A stretch of DNA of 64,000 nucleotides. It comes from the human T2T-CHM13v2.0 reference genome, Homo sapiens. Where the stretch lies: NCBI RefSeq assembly GCF_009914755.1, contig NC_060927.1. One strand, 5' to 3'. The position numbers and the translations under genes were made by a program. Below the pieces are notes generated by a model. The model made no database searches. It was not told where the DNA came from and saw only the letters and a list, made by a program, of their open reading frames with translations. Positions 1 to 13,545 of this stretch are shown here, one piece after another; the first letter of the stretch is position 1, and each line of letters starts with the position of its first letter.

Positions 1-324
<324 letters not shown>

Positions 325-613
325 CTAAAATACAATGAAGATAATAATGAGAATACAAAATATAAACTGTAAATATGGTTTGAGAGACAAGGCATGAGAG
401 GAATTAGGCATCTTGCTTTGAAACGAAGTATATTTAAAAAAATAAATGGTTGATATTCAGTTAAAATCCCAGATAATATTTATTCTTTTTATGGTATTCT
501 TTAAACTGGTTTTTTGTTTTGTTTTGTTTTTTGTTTGTTTGTTTTTTTTTAGAATATGAACTTTTGTGTGTATTTTAGGATTTGTTTTGGAGGTGGTGGT
601 GCATAGATATAGC

Positions 614-838
614 TCAGTGGTCTACAAACTATGGCCCATGAGCCAAAATTGGCCCATTACGTATTTATGTAAATAAAGTTTTGTTTCAACAAAGACACGG
701 CTATTTATCTGTATACTGTCTACAAATATTTCCATGCTAAAATAATAGAGAACTAGTTGTCTCAGAGGCCAGATGGCCCAGGAAGACTGAAATATTTACT
801 TCCTGACCCTTTACAGAGTATGTTTGCCAATTTTTGGT
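614..838. mobile_element. MER58A-like hAT-Charlie MITE
   Basis: CAGTGGTCTACAAACTATGGCCCATGAGCCAAA...GTAAATAAAGTTTT...AAATATTTACTTCCTGACCCTTTACAGA...TTTGCCAA resembles MER58A. Confidence 0.8.
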
Positions 839-2881
839 CTGGCTCATAATTCATTCCTGAAATGCCTGTATATCAGTTACTTTTGAACTACTTTACAGTA
901 CAAAACACTAGAGATGTGAGTTGTTTCTGTAGGTAAGATTACTTGAGATAACAATGGTTGAAGTTATGTACTATCATCTGAAAATCATAAAAAATCTTTT
1001 CAAAGGAGATGTGAAAATTTTAGAAATTATAGTTGATGATGCTCAGAGAGAGAGATGATTTCAACCGCAAAAGCAATATCCACTTTTGGAATAACTGTTA
1101 TTTATTTTTACAGATTGGTTACAGATTCAAAATGCTTTATTTTGTAATGATATCTATCAATGCCTAAGAAGAAGAACAAGAAAGTAGCATCAAATGTACT
1201 GTTAAATATATGATGGTGTTACATCACTAAGGGTTGCATAAAATACAAAATGTTTAAAAAATCATAAAATTAAAATTTACTAACAGTAAATCTCAATAAA
1301 ATTACTTAAAGTCCAGCTTTTCATCAAACATTTCTTTTACATTCTAAAGGAGAACATAATTAATATAAAAATGTACTTTTAATCTATAATTTAATGTAAT
1401 ATTCAAACTACCTTTAAGGGATAATTAAGCCAGAATCTATTCAATAAAGGTTAAAACATTCAAATGCTCTTTTCAATATTTTAGATGGAGACATGCCAAA
1501 ACTTTCAACCCAAATCGTCTGTTTTTCTTTTCTTCTCTAAGATGTGTCAGCTCAAATTCCCTAAAACAGTTTCATGGATAACATATTTCTTTTTTGAAAG
1601 AAACTGTGGAAGATATGTCTTTAGTTCAACAATATCTGTATTTTGGAAAACTTTTTTCAATCATATTGTTTCAACTAAAATAAATGTAGAATTTTCGTGA
1701 GTCCAGTGATATTTTTCCTATCACAAACTGCTAAAATTTAACACATATTTTAGCATCTTCAACTTTAATTGAAACAAACTTTAATTTTAACTGAAGAATC
1801 ATGATGATAGTCAATTTGCTCAGACTTCATAGTTAAAAGTGAGAGGAAATCTAGTTTAAATCTAAAATAAATACATTTGTTCACATATATTGATGCAGTT
1901 TTGGATTCTAGGTCTGACCTAGCTACAGGGACTCCAAAAATGACATCAGGACAAGTTTCCCTCTTCCACTCCCCTGTCTTTTATTTTTGCTCTGTCTTTA
2001 TTCACAGATGGAATCTCTTCTTTTAGACAACAGCATTTGCATGTAGAGCAAAAGAGACTGACTCTGGTAGTGTGTAGGCCCATATATGAAGAGTAGCCAG
2101 GAAGCAGAAGACATAGGTCTAAGTTACCATGTCTAACCCTGAGCTGAGACATAACTCCTGAAAGGAAATAACAGGATTTTATTATGAGAAAAATATGGAT
2201 GTTGGCGAGCCAAAGATCAAATGAATCTTCATTCAATAACGTTTCAACTTGTTACATTAAAATTACAGAGAAAAATATAAAATAGCAATTTTTCCCCTAG
2301 ACATACATACCATATGTGTTTTTTCTTTAAAATTTGCTAGTTATAATACTGTAACTAAAAAGCATATGGATTAAGGTAACTGGTTAGTATCACCTTTTGG
2401 GCTATCCCAAGAGGAATTATTAGAGAAAGACAAAGTAGGTAACTAATAAGCTAATCAGCAAAAAATTTAGCTTACTAAATGGCAATGAGAAACAACTACA
2501 TCACAACAATGAATAGGAACTAATAATTTTGTTTATGAATAATATTAATAAGTCAAAATAATTACACATGGATACCATCAACTCTTAAAAGCAAACAAAT
2601 ATCAATTGTTCAAATTATTAAGAATTTAAGGTAAAAAAATAAAAATGACCATAGGGAAAAGTCAATGGCATATTATATACATTTTTTCAGTTATATTGAG
2701 GTATACTTGACAGATAAAAACTGTCTATGTTTAAGGTGTAAAACATAATGTTTTCATATATGTATACATTGTACAATGACTATCTCAATCAAACTAGTTA
2801 ACATATGTATCACCTCACATAGTTACGATTTTTTTGTGGTGAGAACACTCAAGATCACTCACTCACCAAATTTCTAGTATA

Positions 2882-2928
2882 TTTGCTTAGCGCAAAAATA
2901 ATTGGGTTTTTTAACCATTACTTTTAAT
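2882..2928. mobile_element. Half MADE1 (Hsmar1-derived MITE)
   Basis: TA|TTTGCTTAGCGCAAAAATAATTGGGTTTTTTAACCATTACTTTTAAT versus MADE1 TTAGGTTGGTGCAAAAGTAATTGCGGTTTTTGCCATTACTTTTAAT. Confidence 0.7.
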
Positions 2929-2930
2929 AT

Positions 2931-3018
2931 AGTTTTGGTCTCCAGGCCTGATCTAGCTACAGGGACTCCAAAAATGATATCAGGATAAGTTTCCCTCTTC
3001 CATTTCCCTCTCCTTTAT
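2931..3018 (+). repeat. 88-bp direct copy of 1897-1984
   Basis: Ungapped manual alignment, about 77/88 identical. Confidence 0.95.
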
Positions 3019-3068
3019 GGTCACTGTCTCCTATGGTCACCATCTCCTTTGTAGTCTCCTATAGTCAT

Positions 3069-3440
3069 TGTCTTAAGCTGTTTTTGTTGCTGTAACAGAA
3101 TATCTGAAACTTGGTTTTTATAAACATGGCCATCATTTCTTAGACCTCTGGTGCCACATCAAAACATAGCAGAACAGGTCAAGGGGAAATCAGGGACATG
3201 CAAAGAGAAGGAAATCAGAGGGCCATCCTGGCAGAACCTGTTCCCATGAGAATTAATCCACTCTCATGGTGGCAAGAACTCACTCACTACCAGGAGAACA
3301 GCAGCAAGCCATTCATGAGGGATCTAATTCCATAATGCAAACCTCTCCCACTAGGTCTCATCACCCAATACTGCCACACTTGGGATCAAATGTTAACATA
3401 ACCTTAATGGAGAGAAGCAAACCATATTCAAATCATAGTA
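3069..3440 (-). mobile_element. MST-type MaLR solo LTR
   Basis: TGTCTTAAGCTGTTTTTGTTGCTGTAACAGAATA...CAAATCATAGTA; 5-bp TSD GTCAT/GCCAT. Confidence 0.85.
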
Positions 3441-4082
3441 GCCATCCTGCGGTAAATTAGATCTCTAGAATGTATTCGTCCCAAATAAGTGAACCTCTTT
3501 ATCCTTAACCAAGGTCTCCCCATTTTCCTACTTCCTAATCCTTGAACCCACTATACTATTTGCTGCTTTTACGCCTTTGAGTTTTTAAGATTCCACATAT
3601 GAGTGAGATTATGCGGTATTTGTCTTTCTGTGTCTGGCTTATTTCACTGAACATAGTGTCCTCAAGATCATCTATGTTGTTGCAAATGGCAGAATTTTCT
3701 TTTTTTAAGGTTGAATGATATTCCATTGTGAGTGTGTATATGTGTGTGTGTCTCCATTTAACTGTCATTGAACGTTTAGGTTTTTTTCTATGTGTTGGCT
3801 ATTGTGAATAATCCCACAATGAATTTGGGAGTGCATATATTCCTTTGAGATACTGATCTCGTTTTCTTTGGATATATGCCCCAGAAATGGGATTGCTAGA
3901 GCATGGGGTAGTTCTATATTCTGAGAAACCTCCACACAGTTCTCCATAAAGGCTGTACTTATTTACATTCTCAGCAGAAGTGTACAAGAGTCTCCTTTTT
4001 CTTCGCATCCTTGACAAAACTGACTGTATTTGTTGTCTTTTTGATAACAACTATTTTAACACATGTAAGGTAATATCTCATT

Positions 4083-4735
4083 TTTTTCTTCTTCATGTAT
4101 TCTTATTTTAATTTTTATGGGTAAATTATATATATATATATATGGAGTACATGAGGCGTTTTGATACAGGCATGGAATGTGAAATAAGCACATCATGGAG
4201 AATGAGGTAACCATCCACTCAAGTATCCTTCCTTTGAGTTCTACAAACGATTCAGTTACACTCTTAGTTATTTTAAAATGTATAATTAAGTTCTTATGGA
4301 CTATAGTCACCCTGCCAGGCTATCAAATAATAATCTTACACATTCTATTTTTTTGATGGGTTAACCATCCCCATCTTCCCACTACCCTTCCAAGCCTGTG
4401 GTAACCATTCTTTTACTCTCTATGTCCATGAGTTCAATTGTTTTGGTTTTTAGAACCTGCATATAAGTGAGAACATGCAATGTTTGTCTTTCTGTGACTG
4501 GCTTATTTCAGTTAACATAACGATATCTAGTTCCATTTATGTTGTTGCAAATGACAGGATTTTATTCCTTTTTATGGTTGAATACTACTCCATTGTGTAT
4601 ATGTAGCACGTTTTCTTTATCCCTTCTTCTGTTGATAAATTAAAGAAATTGGGGAAGACACTAAAAATGAAAAAATATTTTATGTTTCTGGGTTGGAAGA
4701 GTCAATATTGTTAAAATGTCTATAAGACACAAAGC
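4083..4735 (-). mobile_element. 5'-truncated, 5'-inverted L1 (L1MA/L1PB age) nested in the older L1
   Basis: T-rich tail from 4081, minus-strand 3'UTR to ~4635, plus-strand ORF2 piece 4636-4735, flanking repeat ATCTCATT on both sides. Confidence 0.8.
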
Positions 4736-5222
4736 AATCTCATTGTAGTTTTGATTTCCATTTCTCAGTAGCAATGTGGTGCACCTGATTTATCTATACT
4801 TGTGAGCAATGTGTGTGTCTTCTTTTGAGAAATGTTTATTCAGGTCCTTAGCCCATTTTAAAAATCTGGTTGTTTTACGCTATTAAGTGATTTATTTGAC
4901 CTCCTTATAAATTTTGCATATTAACACCTTATCAGATATATGGATTGGAAATATTTTCTCTCATTCCAAAGACTGCCTTTTTATTCTGTTAATTGCTTGC
5001 TTACTTAGGCAGAAGCTTTTAAGTTTGATGTAATGTCACTTGCCTATTTTTCATTTGAGATTGTGCTTTTGGTGTCATTTTCAAAAATCATTGACCGTAC
5101 CACTGTCAAGAAGCTCTTTATAGATGTCTTTTAGAAGTTCTACAGTTTTAGGTCTTATGTTTAAGTCTTTAATCCACTTTGAGTTTTTTTTTTTTGTATA
5201 TGGTTGGTGAGGGATACGTGTA

Positions 5223-5583
5223 TTTACCTGCCAAAACCAGTCTGCAGAAACAGGAAGAGGTATTTACCAATGCACAGACAACAAAGCAAGGCTACACAGA
5301 TAATGAAAAGTCGTGGAAACATGACGTCCCTAAAGGAAACTAATAAAGCTCTATAACCAAACACCAAAAAGTGGAGATGTATACATTACCTGACATTGAA
5401 TTAAAAACACATTTTAAGGAAGTGCAGCAAGGCACAAGGGAACATGGATAAATAATTCAATAAAATCAGGAAAATAATACATGAACAAAACTAGAAGTTA
5501 AACATAGAGATAAAAATTATAAAAAAAAGAGCCAAGCAAATTCTGGAGCTGAAAAACAAACAAATGAAATACAAAATACAATA
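5223..5583 (+). repeat. Inverted ~360-bp copy of the L1 5'UTR/ORF1 segment 6254-6615
   Basis: Reverse complement aligns colinearly with 6254-6615. Confidence 0.9.
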
Positions 5584-8313
5584 CAACTGAATTTTCTGCA
5601 TGTGAAAGTTGTTTTCCCAGTGACATTTATTAAAGAGACTGTCTTCGTTGTGTGTTCTTGGCACACTTGTCAAAGTTCATTTGACTATAGATGTGTGGAT
5701 TTATTTCTTGGAATTTTTTCTGTTCCATTCATTTATATAATGGTTTTTAGGGGTCCTTCTGTTTTGAACACTGTAGCTTTGCAATATATTTTGAATTCAG
5801 AGGGTGTGATGCCTCCAGCTTTGTCCTTCTTGCTCAGTATGGCTTTGTCTACCTGGAGTCTTTTGTGGTTCATTATGTATTTTAGTATTTTCTTATATCT
5901 ATAAAGAATATCATTGGCATTCTGACACAAATTGCATTGAATCTGTAGGTCACTTTGGATAGTATGTTTATCTTAACACTATTAATTCTTTTAATCCATG
6001 AGCAGATTACCTTCCATGTATTTGTGTGTTTAATTTTTTCCATCAATATTTGTTTTTCTGTCCCTTTCTGTCTCTTCTCTTTGTAAAAATTCCATAATGC
6101 ATATATTGGTTTGCTTTATTGTGTCCCATAAGTTGCATACTTTCTTCACTCTTTTTTATTCTTCTTTTTCCTCTGTGATTAGATAATTTCAAAAAACCCA
6201 TCTTTGAGTTTACCACTTTTCTTTGCTTAAATTAATCTGTTGTAGAAGCTCCCTATTGTATTTTTCATTTCATTTGTTTATCTTTCATCTTCAGAATCTG
6301 TTCAGTTCTTTTTTATAATTTGTATCTCTACATTTAACCTCTAGTTTTATGTATTGTTTTCCTAATTTTATCAATTTATTTATTTGTGTTCTGTTGTGCC
6401 TTGCTGTACTTCCTTAAAATGTCTGTTTTTAATTCAATGTCAGGTAGTGTGTACATCTCCACTTTTTGGTGTTTGGTTATAGATCTTTATTAGATTCCTT
6501 TAGAGATGTCATGTTTCCATGACTTTTCATGATCTGTGTAGCCTTGCTTTGTTGTTTGTGCATTGGTAGAGTAAATACCTCTTCCCGTTTTTACAGACTG
6601 GTCTTGGCAGGTAAAGGCCTTCCCCAGCCAGATGCTCAGCCTAATGGGACTGCCGAGAGGATCACAGTTGAATGGAGCTGGAGTAAGTCACAGGTCTGTT
6701 GTTGGGCCTGCAGTTGAGTTTACATTTGGCAGGCCTGTTATCAAGCACATGGTCAGGTATGGTTCCTGCCAAATCAACAGGTGGACAGGACTACCTCTTG
6801 GACCACAGGTAGGTAAGACTAGAGGCAGATTATTAGGCCTATTACATGTTTACTATGAGGTCCTCCCAGAATGGGCCTGTTGCTAGTGGTGCATGCAGTT
6901 CAGAAGGCTCCTGCCAGATCCCTAAGCAGGCTCTTGTTGGATCAATGGAAAGGTCCCAGGACAAGCAAGCAGGACTGCCTCTGGGACTGTGATGGGGTGT
7001 GGTTGGGGCTCAGTAACAGGGCTGCTTCAGGGTCCACAGTTGGATCCAAGGTTGGTAAGCCTGTTACTGAGGGTCCTGATTGGCATAGATCTCACCAAGT
7101 CCCTGATCAGAGAGGATTACCTATAGACCATGATAGAGTGGGACTGAAGCCAGGTCAAAGGGCTGCTTCAACAGCCCTACCACAGTCAAGTTTGAGATTA
7201 ATGGGCATGTTACCAGGGACATGGACAGGAGTGTTTCCTGTTGGGTCCCTGGACAGGTTGGTCTGTGCCTAGACTGTAGTTGAACAGGGCCACAGGCTGA
7301 TTTAGGGTCTGCAGTCAGATCAAGGTTGGTGGACCTGTTACTGAGGACATGGACAGGTATGTCTCCCACCAGGCCCTGAGTGGGCAGGGCTGTCCCAAGA
7401 CAGCAGCAGAACAAGTCTAGAACCAAGTCTCAGGAATGCTTTAAGGTCCACAGCCAGGACTGTGAGCCTGCTACCACGGACACAGACAGGTGTTGCTGGA
7501 TCCCTGGATAGGCAGGGCTTACTCTATAACTCATTATAGAGTAGGACTGGAGCTGGTTCACAGAGCTCCTTCAGAATCCACAGTTAGGACTGGAGTCAGT
7601 GAGCCTGTTCCTAGGGATACAGGTGAGCTTCTCTCCCACTGGCTCCCTGGGTATGTAGAACAGCCACTAGACTGTGGTAGAGAAGGGCTACAACGGGATT
7701 ACATAGCTGCTGCAAAGTCCACAGCCAAAAATGGAGTCAGAAGTCCTGTTAGTGGGGATGCAGATGAATGTGTTTTTCTCTGGGTCTCTTAGAAGAGAAG
7801 GCTAGTTGCAGGACCATGGCAAAGTACCATTGGAGCCAAGTCCATAGGGAGACAGAACTGCTTTCAGTCTGGGGCTAAGACCACATTCAGTGAGACTGCC
7901 ACCAAGGCACAGTCCTGCATACTCAAAGCAGTCCTCCTCTATCTTGGGCTTCTCTGGTATTTCACAGCATTCTACCTAAATGTCAGAGCTACTACTGAGA
8001 AGGCATTTTTGTGGAGAGTGACTGCCAGATCATTGTTTGTGCAGAAGAGATGTGAGCTGAGATACCTCTTATTCCACCATCTTGCTGAGAATATACTATG
8101 TAGTTCAAGAATAAATAATTTCTCTCTCAAAAATATAACTTGGTGACTGCCAAATTATGCCCTATAATAAAAATATGCTTAAAAGAATAATTGCTCTATG
8201 CTTTTCCAAACAGTATACTATATGGAGAGTAAATAAACAAATTTTAAATTTATTTTGTGAACAAATACTCTTTTGGGTCTAACGCATAAAAGTAATCCTT
8301 ATTACCTTTACTA

Positions 8314-8637
<324 letters not shown>

Positions 8638-9349
8638 CTATATTGCCATACATTTTTTTCCAGTCTAAATGAAAAAGAAAAAAAAACTTCAAATTGATTG
8701 GATAATGAATGATATCTTTCCATTGGAATGTTCATTGCCACATCAAACATTAAATTAATTATCATATAATTTCCACTAAACAAACATCAATAACATAATA
8801 TTGCAACCATTATCTCACAAGTCTATAATTAACAGAACTCTTGTTTATGACCTCCAGGTTCTAGTCAAGTCTTATATCATGTAAATGGATGACATTTGTC
8901 ATTACATCAGTTGTAATTTATTTCCAAAACTTGCAAGATATCCACCAAACATGTCCTGTAGTTGTGAGTTTGTTTATGTTTGACCCTGAACTCAATAGTT
9001 TATTTTGAAGAGGAACATCAAATGTTGTGGAAATATAATTATATAGTACTTCATTTTTTATGAGGTCCTCTCCTATATCACATTGATTAATGATCCTAGG
9101 AGATAAACATGCTTTAATAATAAAATAGAACAATTTCCATTTCTATAAGGTCAACAATACCTCCAACCAACAAATATCAGAGAAATCATGATTGTCATTT
9201 CTTTCTTTTTGGTGACTTAAAGTAATATAATTGGAGAAATATCTGTTACTTTCTACTTGTTAATTCGAATTTGATGTGGCTAAATAAAGATTTAAGTAAA
9301 AAATATTTTTATGTAAAATATAAAGACATATATTCCTGACAGGCAGAGA

Positions 9350-9570
9350 TACCATTACAGTAACAAGGATAGTGGCTATATTGAACAATAACATATAGCT
9401 TCAAATAGCTATAAGAACGATATTGAATATTCCCAACACAAAGAAATAATAAATGTCTGAGATAATGGATATGATAATTACATTGATCTGACCGCTACAC
9501 ATTATATGTATCAAAATGTCACTGTATATCACATAAATATGTATAATTATATGTCAATTAAATAAAACAC
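9350..9570 (+). mobile_element. L1M 3' end fragment
   Basis: TTCCCAACACAAAGAAATAATAAATGTCTGAG...ATAAATATGTATAATTATATGTCAATTAAA. Confidence 0.8.
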
Positions 9571-10579
9571 ACAAAGAAGTTTGAGAACTGGCATAGAAAC
9601 ATAAACCAATAATTGGAAAACTGATTGGGTCATATTCTGGGAAACAAATCAGCAGTTAATATATGGATATCCCAAAATATAATTGAATCAGAACACCATC
9701 TGCAAAATATTTTAACAAAAAGACCTCATAGGGCAGTTTAAAGGCATTGTCTCAGGTTTATCTAAATTATTTCTGTGACTTTAGTGTATAGACCCTAATT
9801 AGTATAAGATTTAGAGATGTGTATGGACCATCATGTAAGAATAATAACTGAAGGAAATATTTTCATAAACATGCACTTTAGTACCAAGTGTTACCACATT
9901 TATTTGTACTATGTAAATAAGCAGGTTAATGTCAAGCACAATTTTATCACCTGAGAATGATTAAAAACATGAGAGAAGAAATAGAGAAAATAAAATCATA
10001 TTTTGAGTGATTTCTAAGGCCTAACTGAAAGAGGCAAGGACAGATACGCCATATATAACTTTAAGTGTGGTATTGTATTTACTACATTTTAAGTACTAAG
10101 TAATAAATACATATAAATGCAGTTTTATTTAAAACTATTGCCATATCCAATATTATACTTTTCTTATAATAACTAGGCAGCTATGTTTACATAAAAGTAA
10201 GAAAAACAGATGCACTGCTTTTTCTAATTTCTTTCTTCTTTGGTACACCATAATTATCAATGTTTTTCAAGTGTAATATTTTCCCCTTTACCTAACCACC
10301 ATTTTCCTTCATTGTCTTACAAAAATGCACTTTATTGCATTTAATAAATTATGTTAAATGTGCTTCCATGACAAGTACATTTGTTGCCATCATTTTTAAT
10401 TCACATGCATCTTTCTATATGCTAGCACCTACTTATGTCTGCATTTTTTAAACTCAACACAAAGTTTAAAAATTTCTGTGTTCTAGCAAGCATGATTATT
10501 TTAATCACTTAAATAACAATGCATTTAAGATACACACTTAGCTTTATTTCCTGAAATCATTCTAAAACACCAATAGAGA

Positions 10580-12510
10580 GTAAGAAGGAATGAATAATAT
10601 GTAAGTAAAGGAGAAGTGATAAAGCTGGAAGTTGGTGAAGGATGGAAACCTAAGCATGGAAAGAATGTGAGAAGCGAGGGTGTATTCATTTTGCAGAAGC
10701 CCACCAAAGCATAAGAATTGAAGACTTCAGGAACCTCTAACAGTGGGTATGGAATAGGTCTGAAAAGAATAGGGCTGTTTAAAAGCACTTATAAAAAGTA
10801 GTTAAAGCCCCAGATCACTTCCTACTCAAGTGGAAGGTAAATGTCTCTGGGCTCAGAATGAACAACTGAGGGATGGAATGAAAGTTAGTGCAGAAGATTT
10901 TAAACGAACGTCTAGAATTTAACCATTAGATATACAGGATTTTTTTTTGTTTTACTCAACAATCATAATGTTGGCAGTCAGTATTATATACGTGACAGGA
11001 CATTAAACTGTTTCTTTCCAGGGAATGGAAAGAGCCAAGAATAAAAGACAGACTTCTGAGGATTCCCAACCAAACTTCTGGTTTCCACACAATCACCAAA
11101 AAGTGAACCAGAATTTCATAATCTGAATCTTAATATGCACATACAGGAGAGGATCACTAGATATTTGTGGGACTATCCCCAATTAACAAAAACATTGTGC
11201 ACACCCATTGTGCACACCCACAGACAGGAAAACTTTAAAACATTACCTAATATACCGAAATAGTCTCAAAAATGAGAAGATAAAGGATTTGCAGGAAAGC
11301 AAATTTCTGTCAAATATATCAAGTCTTCCTAAGCTAATTTATGAAAATAATATGACTCCAATGCATATATCAATGTTACATATTTTCTAAAACTAGTTAA
11401 GTTAATTCTTATGTTATGAGGAAATAATTTCAAGACCAATAGTAAAGAAAAGCAACGCAGAAAAAGAGAAATAGGTAAGGGACATTCAAATCATATATTA
11501 AACATATTATAAATTCTTGGTCACACTGAACATGAACAGATAAATGAAAGAAAATAAAAAAACTCAAAGACAAATGCAAATACATTTTGGAGATATGTAC
11601 ATGACAAGGTAGAATCTCATTTCAGTGTGGAAAAAGAAAGTGCTTTTAGGATTCTGAAAGTGCTTATAGGATTCTATTCTGTTTTTTTCTTTTTATTGTT
11701 AAAGTCCAAATATACATCAATGCTAGACTGTTTGATATTGTTCAACAGACATTTAATAATTTGGTGTTTTTTTTCCTATGTCTGTGTTTTAGTTTGGGTA
11801 ATTACTATTGACTTATTATTTTCATGGACTCTTTTGTGTTGCTTTTGTTTTCAGTTCTTTTTTAGGCCTATCAAAATATTTTTCATCTCTGATATTTTGG
11901 ATTTTTATTTCTAGACTTGTATTTGCCAATTTTCTATAGTTTTCATGTCTCTACTAAAATGTGTCTATTTATGCTTCATCGTTTTTCTCGTACCTCACCG
12001 CATGACAGCACATCTTTCTCCTGAGTCTTGTCTTTTCTTAGAGGGGCATGCCATGCTTTCAGATTTAGTTTACCAAGTTGCACTGTAAGATCAGGACTAT
12101 AATAGGCTCAGAACACTACAATTATGTATACTTTTATACTGTTATGGCTTTTTCTTATGATTTGGTTGAATTTCATATTATATTGCTTTTTTATATTCCA
12201 AGTGAAAGAGAAGAAAATTAAACTGTAAAAGAATCATATCATTAAAGTACTAGAAGGAAATATGAACAAACTGTCTTGTGAAGTGAAAGAACAAAACTTC
12301 TCTCAAACTATGAAAATAGTTGGCACCTAGAAGCCTAAAATGATAAATTTTAATATATACAAATAAAAACTGCTTCGTGGAAGAAAATACCATAAGCAAT
12401 ATTAAAAGAGATGTCAAGCTGGAAAATATATTTATGTTTCTATAGCAGCAAAATACTATTCTTCTTAATATAGATATAGTGCCTAGTAATTGAAAAAGAG
12501 CAGATAAATC
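10580..12510. mobile_element. Highly decayed ancient L1 fragments in mixed orientation
   Basis: Degenerate ORF2-like blocks at 11300-11640 and 12220-12510 (+), T-rich ORF1-like block 11650-12200 (-). Confidence 0.5.
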
Positions 12511-12514
12511 CAAC

Positions 12515-12822
12515 TACCTGCCTCATCCATATTCCAGTGGTGTTCTGTCACCATCTTTAAAGCCAACATTGATGTATATCTTGGTGTCATCTTTCTGTGG
12601 TAGTGTCTCCTCTGACTCTCTTCCCTGTCTTCCTTATTCACTTTGTGATTAAATGGTGATTACATTGTGATTGCCATTGTTATGACATTGGGCATACCCG
12701 TATAATCCAGTGTAATCTCTCCATCTCAAATTCCTTAGAGTCTCTGTGTCATGTAAGGTAGCATATTCACAGATTCTTAGGAACAGAATGTGGATATATT
12801 TAGGAAGCTGTTATTCTCTCTC
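12515..12822 (-). mobile_element. MLT1 (C/D-like) LTR fragment
   Basis: ACATTGGGCATACCCGTATAATCCAGTGTAATCTCTCCATCTCAA...TGTAAGGTAGCATATTCACAG. Confidence 0.8.
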
Positions 12823-12829
12823 TCTTCCG

Positions 12830-13545
12830 AATTAGCAATTCTCTGCTTTTACTCCTCTCAAAGCCATGATAATCTCTTCCCTGCAGTACTTCAGTTGACT
12901 CTGAAATAGTCTCTTTACTACCACTCTTGTTTACCTAAACTTTACTCTGAACACATCAGCCAAAGTGGAATCTTTTAAAATGTTAGCAATATTATGTTAC
13001 TTTGATCAAAATCTTCAAATGGATTTCTACTTTACCTATAGTAAAACCCAATAATCTTAAAGTGGTCTAAAAGCCTTAACATCATTTGACAGCCCAATAT
13101 TTCACCTCTAACTATTCACGTCTACCATGGAGTCTTTACTGTCTCTACAAATGGCAAGACTATCCTCCTTTAACATCTTTGACTTGCAATTCTATGTGCC
13201 TGGAACAACCTTTCCCATGTAGCTCTCCATATCTGAACACCCCACTCTAGTACTTTCTACAGGTCACCTAAATGTCACTTTATCAGTGATGACTTCTTTG
13301 ACCATTTATTTACAGTATTCCTCTCTATTCCTCTTTCATGTTTTATTCTCCATAGCATTTACCTTCCCTTTAGAAAGGACATATTTGTCTCCTTAATTCT
13401 TTATGTCTACTAAAATATAGTCTTCTTAAGTGTAAAGACTGTTCAATATTTTATTCACTGCTGTATCCACAACACCTACAACATTGCCTAGCCTAGAGTG
13501 ATGCTGAGTAATTATTTGACAATCACAGGCATAAATGAATGCATG
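12830..13545 (+). mobile_element. L2 3' portion
   Basis: AAATGTCACTTTATCAGTGA; TTCACTGCTGTATCC...CATTGCCTAGC...AATGAATG tail. Confidence 0.8.

Larger units (their letters stand above)
2680..8090 (-). mobile_element. Old L1MA element, internally deleted and multiply interrupted (3'UTR ~2680-4080, ORF2 3' part 4740-6050, ORF1 ~6050-6600, 5'UTR ~6600-8090)
   Basis: L1MA 3'UTR motifs; ORF2 peptide [25 protein letters not shown] (5733-5930 -); 5' end TTCCACCATCTTGC (reverse complement of GCAAGATGGTGGAA) near 8075-8085. Confidence 0.88.

Noticed and set aside
880-2240. Splice-like sites (TTTACAG...GTGAGT/GTAAGA near 898-937, TTTTAG|ATG at 1485, TTCACAG|ATG at 2009) and a 96-aa ORF
   Set aside because: No coherent reading frame or recognisable product; such motifs are common by chance. 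A lncRNA exon cannot be excluded without transcript data.
2882-2928. miR-548-type precursor at the MADE1 fragments
   Set aside because: Only one arm is present, so the hairpin cannot form.
6529-7792. GC-rich block with overlapping ORFs suggesting exons or a promoter
   Set aside because: CpG-depleted and contiguous with L1 ORF1 and an L1 5' terminus; it is the L1 5'UTR. The same applies to 52180-53560.
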